A stretch of 64,000 nt of DNA from an uncultured Chloroflexota bacterium (GTDB lineage: Bacteria; Chloroflexota; Anaerolineae; Anaerolineales; Anaerolineaceae): contig CADACE010000025.1 in NCBI GenBank assembly GCA_902786265.1, positions 4,950-68,949 of the forward strand, written 5' to 3'. The notes beneath the pieces were generated by a model. That model made no database searches. It saw only the letters and a list, made by a program, of their open reading frames with translations, and was not told where the DNA came from. Position 1 is the first letter of the stretch, and each line of letters begins with the position of its first letter. Shown one piece after another: positions 8,462 to 19,018 of the stretch. A program made the translations under genes and the position numbers.

Positions 8462-9762
8462 TGGATAATCTGGAAAGTCTTGCGGAATATATCATGGTTG
8501 AGGCGAGAGCCCAGGGTGCTGATTATGTTCATTGTGTCGTCCGGGAGAGCGAAAAAAGGGAATTTAACGTGGACGGCGGCCGCTTTTCCCTGATGCGGAC
8601 TTTATTTAACCGGGATGTGTCTATCACTGTTCTGAAAGGCAGCCGCAAAGGATCTGTCCATATCAATCGTTTTGATGAGGGCTCTGTTTATGATGCGATC
8701 TCGGAATGTATCGCGGCCTCTGAAAGCGCTGAACCGGATCCGGCCTGGCAGTTCTGTGATGAACCGACCGAACAGATATATGTTCAGGGGGCACCGGTAT
8801 GCGACACGGAAAAGCTCTTCTTCCGGACGAAAGAATTACTGGAGGATATCAGGGAACGTCATCCGAAGATCCTGATCGAACAGATGATCACATCCCACGA
8901 TGTTTACCGCAGTGTTTACATGAATTCCAACTGTGTGATGTACCATCCGACAGCGGGTGCTTACAACTTTTCTCTGATGTATTCAGGCCATGAAGGTGAA
9001 AAAAGCACCTCCTTCTTCGGTTCTGATGTTACATTGGCGAACCTGGACAAACCGGTGATCGAATGTGCTTTGATCGACCGGGAACTGGGGGAGATCGAAA
9101 AACAGCTCGATCCGGAACCTCTGGAAGGAAAATTCACCGGGACCGTGCTGCTGGCTCCGGCAGCGCTTTCGGAAATCGTGCTGGACGCTGTCTTCGGGGA
9201 CTTCGTTTCCGACAGCAGCCTGATCGACGGCACTTCCATCTGGAAAGATAAACTGGGCGAAAAGGTCGCGGACGACCGGCTGACGATCTCCCTGAAAGCG
9301 ATGGATGATGATGTCGTGATCGGTTCCCGTGTCACCGGTGAAGGCTATCCGGCTGAAAGCTTTGACCTGATCCGGAACGGACGTCTGGTCAGTTTTGACC
9401 TGAGCCAGTACGGTGCCAACAAAACAGGGCAGAAACGGGCCGGATGCAGTACCGGGAATGTCTTTATTACTGCCGGGGAGCAGTCAACGGATGAGATCAT
9501 CAAAGGGATCGGCAGGGGTGTTCTGGTGATGCGTTTTTCCGGTGGGACACCGGCTCCCAGCGGTGAATTTTCCGGTGTTGCGAAGAACGCTTTCCTGATC
9601 GAGGACGGGAAAATCACCGGCGCTCTCACGGAAACGATGATCAGCGGCTGCGTGCCGGATATGCTGAACAGCATCCGGGCAATTTCCTCCGATGTGCTGA
9701 AGGATGGTTCCGTCAGCCTGCCTTACATTGCTTTCGATGGTGTGACGATTTCCGGAAAATAA
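8461..9762 (+). CDS. pmbA: TldE/PmbA family protein
   Basis: TAATG overlap with tldD; GEFSG...IEDGKIT; lacks HExxxH. Confidence 0.85.
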   Translation: MDNLESLAEYIMVEARAQGADYVHCVVRESEKREFNVDGGRFSLMRTLFNRDVSITVLKGSRKGSVHINRFDEGSVYDAISECIAASESAEPDPAWQFCDEPTEQIYVQGAPVCDTEKLFFRTKELLEDIRERHPKILIEQMITSHDVYRSVYMNSNCVMYHPTAGAYNFSLMYSGHEGEKSTSFFGSDVTLANLDKPVIECALIDRELGEIEKQLDPEPLEGKFTGTVLLAPAALSEIVLDAVFGDFVSDSSLIDGTSIWKDKLGEKVADDRLTISLKAMDDDVVIGSRVTGEGYPAESFDLIRNGRLVSFDLSQYGANKTGQKRAGCSTGNVFITAGEQSTDEIIKGIGRGVLVMRFSGGTPAPSGEFSGVAKNAFLIEDGKITGALTETMISGCVPDMLNSIRAISSDVLKDGSVSLPYIAFDGVTISGK

Positions 9763-9771
9763 ACAAATGGA

Positions 9772-9797
9772 GGACCGGACCGAAGGGCCTGTTCCCC
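9772..9797. repeat. Short GC-rich intergenic repeat, copy 1 (REP-like)
   Basis: ggaccggaccgaagggcctgttcccc; 23/26 identical to 30311-30336. Confidence 0.5.
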
Positions 9798-9838
9798 GGG
9801 GTTATCTCATTACTTTTCCGGGATCAAGTGTTTGTGGT

Positions 9839-9886
9839 AAAGGACAGCTCTCTGACATGTCCGGCATGTCAGAGAGCTGTCCTTTT
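9839..9886. terminator. Bidirectional intrinsic terminator
   Basis: aaaggacagctctctgacatg / catgtcagagagctgtcctttt between convergent genes. Confidence 0.85.
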
Positions 9887-9891
9887 TCATC

Positions 9892-10377
9892 CTAAATAAG
9901 CTTTTCGCGAAACGCTTTGATCGCTTCGTCATTCTTCGGATCCGGTTTGTCCTGCGGATCGATCAGGATCAGTTCCGCATCCAGCGTTTCGACCGACAGC
10001 TGTTTTTTCAGTTTCACGAGAGCTTTATCGGCACCGCCACCGCTGTAACAGACAAAAGCGGCATATTTTTTCCCGCGGATGCCTTCAATATTTTCATGGA
10101 TGAAAGTCCGGACCGGAGGAGCCGGATTGCCTGCCCAGACAGGGAAGCCGAATATGATGCGGTCATATTTTTCCGCTTCAAAGACATAAGGCTTCAGTTT
10201 CGGCATATCTCCCATGATCGCGCTTTTGCCGCCCCAGAAAAATTTGCGGAATCCGGAGGTCGGGAATTCCTTTTCCGGTTCCAAACGGATCAGATCCGCG
10301 TCTGATAAGGCAGCGATTTTTTTCGCCGTATATTCACAATTTCCTGACATTGAATAATAGATAACTGCTGTTTTCAT
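9892..10377 (-). CDS. Flavodoxin family protein
   Basis: VIYYSMSGNC, IIFGFPVWAG. Confidence 0.85.
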   Translation of the reverse strand: MKTAVIYYSMSGNCEYTAKKIAALSDADLIRLEPEKEFPTSGFRKFFWGGKSAIMGDMPKLKPYVFEAEKYDRIIFGFPVWAGNPAPPVRTFIHENIEGIRGKKYAAFVCYSGGGADKALVKLKKQLSVETLDAELILIDPQDKPDPKNDEAIKAFREKLI

Positions 10378-10468
10378 AGTTATGACCTTTCATCCGGGCA
10401 GCCGGTATCCGGATCGTTATCCGAAATAATCAAATGAACGTATTCCGTCTTTTTCTGAAATTCAGAGC

Positions 10469-10499
10469 ATTGACAGATAATCCTTTCGTCAATTATAAT
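10469..10499 (+). promoter_or_regulatory. Consensus sigma70 promoter overlapped by palindromic operator
   Basis: TTGACA (10470-75), 18 bp spacer, TATAAT (10494-99); ATTGAC-N13-GTCAAT at 10469-10493. Confidence 0.7.
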
Positions 10500-10529
10500 T
10501 CTAATGATTTATACAATTCGGGAGGGAAA

Positions 10530-11246
10530 ATGAAAAAATTGTGGTTTCTGTTATTATGCTGTATGTTATTTATGACATGCGGCATTTTATCGGTTTCAGC
10601 ACAGGATCTGAGTGAAGATGTGGTCCGTGCTGTCACCGAGAATTTGGATAATTTTTTCCCGATTACGACGCTGTGGGAAAAGTTCGACAGGAAAGCGCCC
10701 TCAATTTTTGGTAATCTCGGTACTGAAACAGCAACGGAAACCAACACGAACGAAACCCGCAATATGCTGCTCTTTGTCAATCCTGACGGGCTCAGTACGT
10801 ATGTTTTCTGGGAGAAAGTAAATTCCCGGAACAGCAAAAATTTCTGTTTTTCCATGGATGTAACGGTAAATGATATTTATCCACCTCAGGAAAGCGGCTG
10901 TTTTATTGGTTTCATCAATGACGGTCCTTCATCATCCGCTGAAAAAGAACCGCTCCAGACTACAATGATAGTTATATCTGACGCGATTTACATGGAGACC
11001 CAAACAGAAGACGGTTCATTGACTGATCGAAATAAACTGGCGGACCGCCGGGGACCGCAGGTAAATCTGATGATCGTCCGGCTGACCGGTGAAACCCTCT
11101 TTTATGTTGATGGTGAGATGGTCGGACAATATCACGATGGCAAAAGCGGCCCGTTTTCGCTGCGCTACGGTACTGTTGCCTATTCGCATGGGGAGGCAGC
11201 CGAGTGTTCCTTTGATAATCTTTCTGTCAGGGAGGTGATGAAATGA
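10530..11246 (+). CDS. Secreted hypothetical protein, family A (ConA-like beta-sandwich inferred)
   Basis: RBS GGAGG; signal peptide ending VSA-Q; MIVRLTGETLFYVDGEMVGQYHD. Confidence 0.7.
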   Translation: MKKLWFLLLCCMLFMTCGILSVSAQDLSEDVVRAVTENLDNFFPITTLWEKFDRKAPSIFGNLGTETATETNTNETRNMLLFVNPDGLSTYVFWEKVNSRNSKNFCFSMDVTVNDIYPPQESGCFIGFINDGPSSSAEKEPLQTTMIVISDAIYMETQTEDGSLTDRNKLADRRGPQVNLMIVRLTGETLFYVDGEMVGQYHDGKSGPFSLRYGTVAYSHGEAAECSFDNLSVREVMK

Positions 11247-11956
11247 TTCTGAAAAGGATGTTGATCATTTTTATTTTATTTGCTGCGGAGATGGTGTTGT
11301 GTACGGTGGTTTCCGCTGATGTAAATCCGGACACGCTCCTCAGGACAGCGGATTCGGAAATCTTTATCAAAGCCGGGTTTTTACAGGATTACAGCAAAGA
11401 TACGGATTATTTTAATGAGTTTATCAATGGCGACATCATTCATCAGTTTTATAACGCGCGTGGCAAGTCTGTTGAAGTTCTGACTTCTCTGCGGCCTTCT
11501 CCACTGACGGTCATTACGAATAATAAAAATCTGCAGTTTGATGCTCAGCGTGTAAGAGGTTTCCACGCGAGTTTCAAGATGAGACGGGTGGAATCCATCC
11601 CAAGGGATGGAGGCTATTGCTGGCTTCGATACTCAGATAAATTTCAGTCAGGCATCGGGAAAGAAAGAGGTGTGATCATTTATCCCGGGTTCAAAGCATA
11701 CAGCTTTGGGCCTGATAATGGCGAATTGGTTTACACTGAAATTGCGGACCTGAGTGAATTCAATACCGGACGGGATGTCAGGGTCGATATCATCCGTTTG
11801 GATGGAGTTTCTTATTTTTATTTTGACAAGTTTTTTGTTTTTCAATATGAAGACGGGATCTCCGCACTCGTTTCTTTTGAAGGCGGTACCGAATTGCTCG
11901 AAGGTGCCAATCGGATCCGGTGTGATTTCGATGATTTCAGCATTGTGGCTCAATAG
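11243..11956 (+). CDS. Secreted hypothetical protein, family A
   Basis: Signal peptide VSA-D; DIIRLDGVSYFYFDKFFVFQYED. Confidence 0.7.
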   Translation: MILKRMLIIFILFAAEMVLCTVVSADVNPDTLLRTADSEIFIKAGFLQDYSKDTDYFNEFINGDIIHQFYNARGKSVEVLTSLRPSPLTVITNNKNLQFDAQRVRGFHASFKMRRVESIPRDGGYCWLRYSDKFQSGIGKERGVIIYPGFKAYSFGPDNGELVYTEIADLSEFNTGRDVRVDIIRLDGVSYFYFDKFFVFQYEDGISALVSFEGGTELLEGANRIRCDFDDFSIVAQ

Positions 11957-11970
11957 GGAGGGAACAGGGA

Positions 11971-12498
11971 ATGAAACGATTTCTTTTCATTTTGATGGCT
12001 GTTTTCCTGTTGTTCCCCGGTGCTGTTTCCGCGCAGCGGAATCTGGACCCGATTCTCGTTGATCAGCCGAGCAATTTTGTTTTCGATTGCAAAAACGATA
12101 TTTTTATTGAAATCAGCACTCAGGCTGTGGTTGGGAATGTGGTGGCTCAAAGAAGAGCGAAAAATCAGTTTTTGGCCATGACGGTAAAGATCCTTTATCT
12201 CGCCGAAAAAGAGTTGGATGGGTTGGACAAAGCCAGTTTTACCCTTGCCCACACCGAAGGGGATGGCAGTAAAACAAAATATCCGCTGAATTATGCCATG
12301 TCCATGATCGCTACCCGGAACAAGGGAAATTACGTGAGTTTCGGGCAGACCCTGAAGCTCCCGTCATACTGGACATTGGATCTCGTTTTTGACATCGATA
12401 CGCTTGACAGGAAAAACTGGGAATTGATTTTCACCCCGATGAGCAGAGGCGGCACTGATGTTTACTGTGAAATTGTTGTGCCGTTTACTGCCAGGTAA
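11971..12498 (+). CDS. Secreted hypothetical protein, family B (DUF4352/Ig-like inferred)
   Basis: Signal peptide VSA-Q; FLAMTVKI..SFTL..YPLN..LVFDI..WELIFTP. Confidence 0.7.
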   Translation: MKRFLFILMAVFLLFPGAVSAQRNLDPILVDQPSNFVFDCKNDIFIEISTQAVVGNVVAQRRAKNQFLAMTVKILYLAEKELDGLDKASFTLAHTEGDGSKTKYPLNYAMSMIATRNKGNYVSFGQTLKLPSYWTLDLVFDIDTLDRKNWELIFTPMSRGGTDVYCEIVVPFTAR

Positions 12499-12509
12499 AG
12501 GAGGATGCA

Positions 12510-13706
12510 ATGAAAAAGAATCTCACAATACTGCTGTTTTCCCTGATCCTTCTCATCACTTCCGTGGATGCCGCATGCGCGCAGACTTTCTCGAAAGAGG
12601 AGATCAAAAACACATTTACGATCGCTATGCTGCGGGAAAATTTTTATACGAAGGCGCTTCCTGAATATTTCCGCTTTGCCAAATCGATATGGTATTTTGA
12701 TAACCTTGGCCTTTCCTATTTCCCTACCGAGCAAATCAATTGTCTGGAGTGGGAATATCTGGAAAACCCAAGATATTCCTGGTATTTTAACTGTCTGAAG
12801 CCGATCGAGGAAAAAGACTGGGCGCTTTTAGGCCGTGAAAACACGGGCAAAGCGTTTAAACAAACGATTTACCTGGATGAGCCATATGAACAAAATGTAT
12901 TTCATGGTCTGGATTTTCCGAAAGTAACGAACCTTGAAGATTTTTATTTTTATACTGATTTGTTTATTACAGATAATTACCCGGCAGATACCGGCAGCTG
13001 CTATGTGTATTTCACGAATTCAACGCTTGTCGGCAACCGGACCAGCTATGGGATCCTGATTGACCCTCAGGATGGCATTTACAAAGCGACGAATAATTAT
13101 GACACCTTCAGCACGGTGCAGAATAAAGCGGCTTATTCCGGTTTGTTCCTTTTGGGGAGCGAGGTGCATCGGCTGGAACTGATTGAAAAACTGGAACCGT
13201 CGCTTTATGAGGGGAAGACAGGCTCGATCGGCGGTGAAATCTTTATCAATGATGATTTGGACGGAAAATTCGCTGCTGATCTGGAAGCATTGCAGACAAG
13301 CGCGAAAAAAGACGGCCAGTCGGAAGATATCAAAGTCTATCGCATTGAACTGGTGCGGATCGATGGCCTTACCTCTGTTTACATCAACGGAGTTTTTGTC
13401 AGTGAATTTCAGGATCAGATCATTACCGATGGTTTATTCTTTGTTTCCGCCCGCGTTGATGATGATCTTACCGTTACGCTCCATAATGAGGTCGTTGACC
13501 TGAAGAATGTAACCGATACGCTGGAAATTGATGAGTATGTCATCCGGCGGTTTGATAAAGAAACCTGGACAGTTTTTGATCCTGAAAGGGTGAACAAAAA
13601 GGTTTCCTGGACCCTGGGTCCAAGGCTTTATACAGGCGGCAGAACAGTGACGGTGGCTGCCGGTGATGTTTATATATATTCAAGACCACAGGGATCGGTA
13701 AAATGA
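12510..13706 (+). CDS. Secreted hypothetical protein, family A (long form)
   Basis: RBS AAGGAGG; signal peptide; IELVRIDGLTSVYINGVFVSEFQD. Confidence 0.7.
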   Translation: MKKNLTILLFSLILLITSVDAACAQTFSKEEIKNTFTIAMLRENFYTKALPEYFRFAKSIWYFDNLGLSYFPTEQINCLEWEYLENPRYSWYFNCLKPIEEKDWALLGRENTGKAFKQTIYLDEPYEQNVFHGLDFPKVTNLEDFYFYTDLFITDNYPADTGSCYVYFTNSTLVGNRTSYGILIDPQDGIYKATNNYDTFSTVQNKAAYSGLFLLGSEVHRLELIEKLEPSLYEGKTGSIGGEIFINDDLDGKFAADLEALQTSAKKDGQSEDIKVYRIELVRIDGLTSVYINGVFVSEFQDQIITDGLFFVSARVDDDLTVTLHNEVVDLKNVTDTLEIDEYVIRRFDKETWTVFDPERVNKKVSWTLGPRLYTGGRTVTVAAGDVYIYSRPQGSVK

Positions 13707-14299
13707 TGAAGAAATTTTCTTTGTTTGCTATTGCTTTTCTGCTGGCGGTTGTTTGTTTCGGCATATGTTTCGCTGACGAGAGCTGGTCTGAAACGGAATA
13801 CCGCAGGATCATGGATACCTCAAAATTTCCGGCTGTCATCTATCACAACACCTGGACAGATTGCGGAGATTTTCAGTTCAAATTGATGGCACAGCCGATC
13901 GTTACCCCATCAACCACCGGGATCAAAGCTACCGGGCCGCTGAAGAGGTCCACAACGATCAACAGTTTTCTGGTGCTTCGTGTCGGCATCAAGAACAAGA
14001 CAGATCATATTGTCTCCTGGCTGGAGCCGAAATCTTTTACTGTGCAGGAATATTATCTGGATATTCCTGGCGGAACGTATACGCTCAACAGCAGTATGAG
14101 CGGCAAGGCCGCGGATTCCTTCAATCTGCCGATTTTTTATTCACCGATCCAGCCCGGTGGTGAGCTGGCTACCGTTTTGGTCTTTGAGGTTTATGGCGAG
14201 GTCGAAGGCTGGATCATGACTTTTGCTCCGTTCACCCGGGAGCAGGAAGGGCCTGAACATTCAATTACCTTCAGGCTTCCCAAACCGAATCGTCAATAA
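13703..14299 (+). CDS. Secreted hypothetical protein, family B
   Basis: Signal peptide CFA-D; FLVLRVGIKN..SFTV..YTLN..LVFEV..GWIMTFAP. Confidence 0.7.
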   Translation: MMKKFSLFAIAFLLAVVCFGICFADESWSETEYRRIMDTSKFPAVIYHNTWTDCGDFQFKLMAQPIVTPSTTGIKATGPLKRSTTINSFLVLRVGIKNKTDHIVSWLEPKSFTVQEYYLDIPGGTYTLNSSMSGKAADSFNLPIFYSPIQPGGELATVLVFEVYGEVEGWIMTFAPFTREQEGPEHSITFRLPKPNRQ

Positions 14300-14313
14300 A
14301 AAGGAGCATAAAG

Positions 14314-15084
14314 ATGAGAAAGATTTGTGCCGTTCTTTTTGTTATCCTGTTGGCTGCCGGAATATTCTCGGCAGCATCATCAGAAAATATTGTAAAAAAT
14401 GTCACATATGGTGAAACGTACCTTTGTAATGACGCGTATACAGTGAGGATCGTCAACCAGCCGCTAATGGTGTATCAAATCATCGAAAAACTGAATATGG
14501 ATATCGGTTACAACAAGTCAATGCTGGCTGTGGATTCCGTTTATTATTATCTGTACAAAGAATACCGTCAGGCAGCTGTCCAGTACGGACGCCACCGGCA
14601 AAATGATGATATCCTCTTAAATATCCGGCTTGAATTTCGTAATCTCAACCCAACCGCTCTTCACGGACTTTCGCGGGAAAGCTTTAAACTGGTCGGGAAA
14701 GTGCGGGATCGTAAAATTGAATATGTTCCTGAGATCATGATTCCCTATAATATGAATCCTGAGTGGGAAGTTCCGCTTATCCGGGCCGGAATTGAGGTGA
14801 AATCGCCTATGGAGCCGCTGAAAAGGGTCGTAAAAGATACGGTCGTCTTTAACCTTGACCGCTATTGGGATACGCTCCTGATGGAAAAAAAAGATATTGA
14901 ATCCATGCGGGTCCAGGATATGCGTCTGATGTATCGTATCCCTTCCTGGCTGTTTGGCTGGGAACTGCATATCGATCCGCAGCCGATGACGCCGGATGGT
15001 TCTTTGAAGACCTGCGAAATGACACTGACGCTGCCGGTCATCAAAAATGAGGTCACGGGAGAGATCTACAAGTATGTCTATTAG
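14314..15084 (+). CDS. Secreted hypothetical protein, family B
   Basis: RBS AAGGAG; signal peptide; LNIRLEFRN..SFKL..LMYRI..GWELHIDP. Confidence 0.7.
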   Translation: MRKICAVLFVILLAAGIFSAASSENIVKNVTYGETYLCNDAYTVRIVNQPLMVYQIIEKLNMDIGYNKSMLAVDSVYYYLYKEYRQAAVQYGRHRQNDDILLNIRLEFRNLNPTALHGLSRESFKLVGKVRDRKIEYVPEIMIPYNMNPEWEVPLIRAGIEVKSPMEPLKRVVKDTVVFNLDRYWDTLLMEKKDIESMRVQDMRLMYRIPSWLFGWELHIDPQPMTPDGSLKTCEMTLTLPVIKNEVTGEIYKYVY

Positions 15085-15193
15085 GATGCGGCACCGTACA
15101 TCTTTTCCGTCAATAATGAAGTAATACCAATCGCCCGTTTTACACGGGCGATTGTGATAAAATCATAACAGTTTTATAACTGAGGGATTTACA

Positions 15194-16600
15194 ATGGAAC
15201 AAAATAATGCAGTAACTCTTGAAAAAATCGCCTCCCTTTCCAAGCGGCGGGGCTTTGTTTATCCGACTTCTGAAATCTATGGCGGGCTGACCAGCTCCTA
15301 TGATTACGGCCCGCTGGGTGCCGAACTGCTGCGGAACATCCGCAACCTTTGGTGGCATGAAATGATCACCACCCGTGAGGATATGGTCGGTATTGACTCC
15401 CAGATCCTGCTTCACCCGGAAACCTGGGTTGCCTCCGGTCATGTGACTGCTTTCAACGATCCGCTCGTGGAAGACAAAGTCACCCACAAACGCTATCGCG
15501 CTGATCATCTGATCGAGCAATGGCTCGACAAACATCCGGAAGTTGAAAAATTCCAGGTGGACGGCATGGGTCTGGAAGAAATCGGTGCCTATATTGAAGA
15601 ACACCACGTTACCACGCCCGAAGGAAATGAAGTTTTCCCGCCGAAGGCCTTCAACATTATGTTCCAGACCGCGATCGGTGTTGTGGAAGGCGAAAAGATG
15701 CCGGTTTACCTGCGCGGCGAAACGGCTCAGGGTATTTTCACAAATTTCAATAACATTGTCAACTCCACCCGCATCCAGCTGCCTTTCGGCGTCGGACAGA
15801 TCGGTAAGAGCTTCCGCAATGAAATCACCACCGGACAGTTCATTTTCCGTACACTGGAATTTGAACAGGCGGAAATCGAATATTTCTTTGATCCGGAAAA
15901 GACCGAATGGGAACCGCTCTTTAAGTCCTGGCAGGACAGCATGTATCACTTTGTGAATGAGACACTGGGCATCAATGCCGACAAGCTTCGCTGGCGCCGC
16001 CATTCCGACCAGGAACGTTCCTTCTATTCGAAGGATACCTATGACCTCGAATATGAATTCCCGTTCGGCTTCAAGGAACTGTGGGGTATCGCTTACCGCA
16101 CTAACTATGACCTGCAGCAGCACATTGACCATTCCGGCAAAGACCTGAGCTACCAGGATCCGCAGGATCACCAGCACAAATTTGTCCCGCACGTCATCGA
16201 ACCGGCGGTCGGTGTCAACCGTCTGCTGCTGATGGCGCTCTGCGACGCTTATTGGGAAGATGTCGATAACAAGCGTGTCGTCATGCGCTTCAAACCGAAC
16301 CTTGCTCCGTACAAGGCCGCTGTGTTCCCGCTGGTCAAGAACAAGCCGGAAATCATCGAAAAAGCCCGCGGTGTTTATGATATGCTGGCCGCGAAGATGG
16401 GCGTCGTCTGGGATGACCGCGGCAATATCGGCAAACGCTATTTCTATCAGGATGAAATCGGTACGCCGTTCTGCATTACCGTCGATTATCAGACGCTGGA
16501 AGACAATACCGTCACCGTCCGCGAACGTGACAGCATGGCGCAGGAACGCGTCTCTCTCGATGACCTGACCGCGAAACTGCTGGCGGAAATCGAAAAATAA
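15194..16600 (+). CDS. glyQS: Glycine--tRNA ligase (alpha2 type)
   Basis: YDYGPLG, YLRGETAQGIF, GKSFRNEIT, FRTLEFEQAEIE, DEIGTPFCITVD. Confidence 0.95.
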   Translation: MEQNNAVTLEKIASLSKRRGFVYPTSEIYGGLTSSYDYGPLGAELLRNIRNLWWHEMITTREDMVGIDSQILLHPETWVASGHVTAFNDPLVEDKVTHKRYRADHLIEQWLDKHPEVEKFQVDGMGLEEIGAYIEEHHVTTPEGNEVFPPKAFNIMFQTAIGVVEGEKMPVYLRGETAQGIFTNFNNIVNSTRIQLPFGVGQIGKSFRNEITTGQFIFRTLEFEQAEIEYFFDPEKTEWEPLFKSWQDSMYHFVNETLGINADKLRWRRHSDQERSFYSKDTYDLEYEFPFGFKELWGIAYRTNYDLQQHIDHSGKDLSYQDPQDHQHKFVPHVIEPAVGVNRLLLMALCDAYWEDVDNKRVVMRFKPNLAPYKAAVFPLVKNKPEIIEKARGVYDMLAAKMGVVWDDRGNIGKRYFYQDEIGTPFCITVDYQTLEDNTVTVRERDSMAQERVSLDDLTAKLLAEIEK

Positions 16601-16621
16601 GGCTTTTCAAATTTGAAACAG

Positions 16622-16650
16622 AAAAAGGTCCGTTTTGTGCGGACCTTTTT
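16622..16650. terminator. Bidirectional intrinsic terminator
   Basis: aaaaaggtccg / cggaccttttt. Confidence 0.85.
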
Positions 16651-16812
16651 GTTTAAATTATATTCATTCGGTCAGGCTTGAAAGACGGGCTGCTGTTTGA
16701 TGCTATCCTGTTGTAATTGATGCCTGCCGGATTCAGGTGCCCTTTATCGTGTCTCGGCCTGTCCGGGGACTTTTGGCGATGGAGCTGTGAATTTGCGGCA
16801 TCAGCATCTTCA

Positions 16813-18864
16813 TCAGATATCGATTTCACCGGCGAGCATGCGGGCGCGTTTCCACGGCGGGACGTCTTCGAGGTCGGCGAGCAGGCCGCGCATTTCGTAA
16901 ACCTGGTCGCGCAGTTCGGCTGCCTTTTCGAATTCGAGGTTCTTCGCCGCTTCCTTCATTTCCTTCTCCAGCTGTGCCAGGGCGTGCTTCAGTTCGTTCT
17001 TCGGGAGACGCTTCTTCGTGTCGCGGAAGTCCTGTTTGGCGTCGGAAATCGCGGAAGATGTGGTCAGCCGTTCGGAAAGGTCGTAAATCGCCTTCTGGAT
17101 GGTCATCGGCTTAATGTGATGTTCTTCATTGTAAGCCAGTTGCTTCTGGCGTCTGCGATTGGTTTCATCGATGGCGTATTTCATGGAGTCCGTCATGTTG
17201 TCGGCGTACATGATGACTTTGCCGTCCGCGTTACGGGCTGCGCGTCCGATGGTCTGGATCAGGGAAACGCTTGAGCGCAGAAAACCTTCCTTGTCGGCAT
17301 CGATGATCGCCACAAGAGAAACCTCCGGCAGGTCCAGCCCTTCGCGCAGCAGGTTGATCCCGACGATGACATCATAAACACCCGCCCGCATATCCCGCAG
17401 GATGGAGATACGCTCCAGCGTATCCACTTCCGAATGCAGATACTGGACCTTGATCTCATTATCCTTGAGGTAATCCGTCAGGTCTTCCGCCATGCGTTTT
17501 GTTAAGGTTGTGACAAGGACACGCTGGTGGATGGCGGTGCGCTTGCGGATCTCGGCAATCAGGTCATCGATCTGTCCCTTGATCGGGCGGACTTCGACGA
17601 TCGGGTCAACCAGCCCTGTCGGACGGATGATCTGTTCGGCAACATGTTCCGCGTGCTGCATCTCATAAGGCCCCGGTGTGGCAGAGGTATAGATGGTCTG
17701 CCCCATCACTTCCTCAAATTCTTCAAAGGTCAGCGGACGGTTGTCCAGGGCGGAAGGCAGGCGGAAACCGTATTCGATCAGCGTATTTTTGCGGTTGAAA
17801 TCCCCATGGTGCATCCCGCGGATCTGCGGGATCGTCATATGGGATTCGTCGATGAAGAGCAGATAATCCGTGGGCAGGAAGTCCATGAGCGTCCACGGAT
17901 GGGAACCCGCTGGGCGCTGGTCCAGGTGACGGGAATAGTTCTCGATACCCGAGCAGTAACCGGTCTCGCGGATCATTTCCAGGTCGAAGTTGGTGCGCTG
18001 CTCAATGCGCTGGGCTTCGAGGTACATTTCCCGATCCTTAAAGAATTTGATTCGTTCCGCCAGCTCGGTTTCGATATCAGCCAGTGATTTTCTGAGGCGC
18101 GCTTCATCGGTGAGGTAATGTTTGGCTGGGTAGATATCGACGGTGTCCAGCACCTCCAAAAGCTCCCCGGTCAGCGGGTTGACGGCGGTGATGCGTTCGA
18201 TCTCGTCATCAAAGAATGAGACACGGTAAGCAGTGTTTTCATCGTATGCAGGATAAATATCCAGCGTATCCCCGCGGACGCGGAAGGAACCGGGTTTGAA
18301 ATCCATATCATGCCGTTCATAGTGGCTTTCGAGCAGGGAGCGCAGCAAAGCGTTGCGCCGGGTGATCTCCCCTTTCTTTAAGGTTATGATATATTTGCCG
18401 TAAAGTTCGGGGTCGCCGAGACCGTAAATGCAGGAAACGGAGGCGATGATGATCACATCCTTCCGTCCGGTCAGAGCGGCGGTAGCCGCCAGCCGCAGCC
18501 GGTCGATCTCATCATTGGTGTCCGTTTCTTTTTCAATATAAAGGTCATGCCGCGGGACATAAGCTTCCGGCTGGTAATAATCGTAGTAGGAAACGAAGTA
18601 TTCAACAGCATTGTTCGGGAAAAACTCTTTGAATTCCGCGTAAAGCTGGGCAGCCAGCGTTTTGTTGTGCGCCATCACCAGGGCGGGTTTCTGAACCTGC
18701 TGGATAATGTTTGCCATGGTGAAGGTCTTCCCTGTACCGGTGGCGCCAAGCAGGACCTGATGCCTTCGTCCGGCATTGATCCCTTCTACCAGTTCCGCAA
18801 TTGCCTGCGGCTGGTCGCCCATTGGTTTGTATTGTGCGTGCAATTCAAAAGGTTTGTCGATCAT
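16813..18864 (-). CDS. uvrB: Excinuclease ABC subunit B
   Basis: [25 protein letters not shown]-terminal UVR domain FEKAAELRD. Confidence 0.97.
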   Translation of the reverse strand: MIDKPFELHAQYKPMGDQPQAIAELVEGINAGRRHQVLLGATGTGKTFTMANIIQQVQKPALVMAHNKTLAAQLYAEFKEFFPNNAVEYFVSYYDYYQPEAYVPRHDLYIEKETDTNDEIDRLRLAATAALTGRKDVIIIASVSCIYGLGDPELYGKYIITLKKGEITRRNALLRSLLESHYERHDMDFKPGSFRVRGDTLDIYPAYDENTAYRVSFFDDEIERITAVNPLTGELLEVLDTVDIYPAKHYLTDEARLRKSLADIETELAERIKFFKDREMYLEAQRIEQRTNFDLEMIRETGYCSGIENYSRHLDQRPAGSHPWTLMDFLPTDYLLFIDESHMTIPQIRGMHHGDFNRKNTLIEYGFRLPSALDNRPLTFEEFEEVMGQTIYTSATPGPYEMQHAEHVAEQIIRPTGLVDPIVEVRPIKGQIDDLIAEIRKRTAIHQRVLVTTLTKRMAEDLTDYLKDNEIKVQYLHSEVDTLERISILRDMRAGVYDVIVGINLLREGLDLPEVSLVAIIDADKEGFLRSSVSLIQTIGRAARNADGKVIMYADNMTDSMKYAIDETNRRRQKQLAYNEEHHIKPMTIQKAIYDLSERLTTSSAISDAKQDFRDTKKRLPKNELKHALAQLEKEMKEAAKNLEFEKAAELRDQVYEMRGLLADLEDVPPWKRARMLAGEIDI

Positions 18865-19018
18865 AATGTTTCCTCTCCGGTATTATTATAGAGCAATATC
18901 GAAAAAAATTCAACATGGCAGAGAGATAAGGAAGCGTTCCCGTGTGTTTTGGGCATTATTGAATACTTTCATTCATTTTTCATTCTGCAATCCGCATTAT
19001 AAAGCTATAATATAGTGG

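Noticed and set aside
18865-19018. LexA box upstream of uvrB
   Set aside because: No GAAC-N4-GTTC match found by eye
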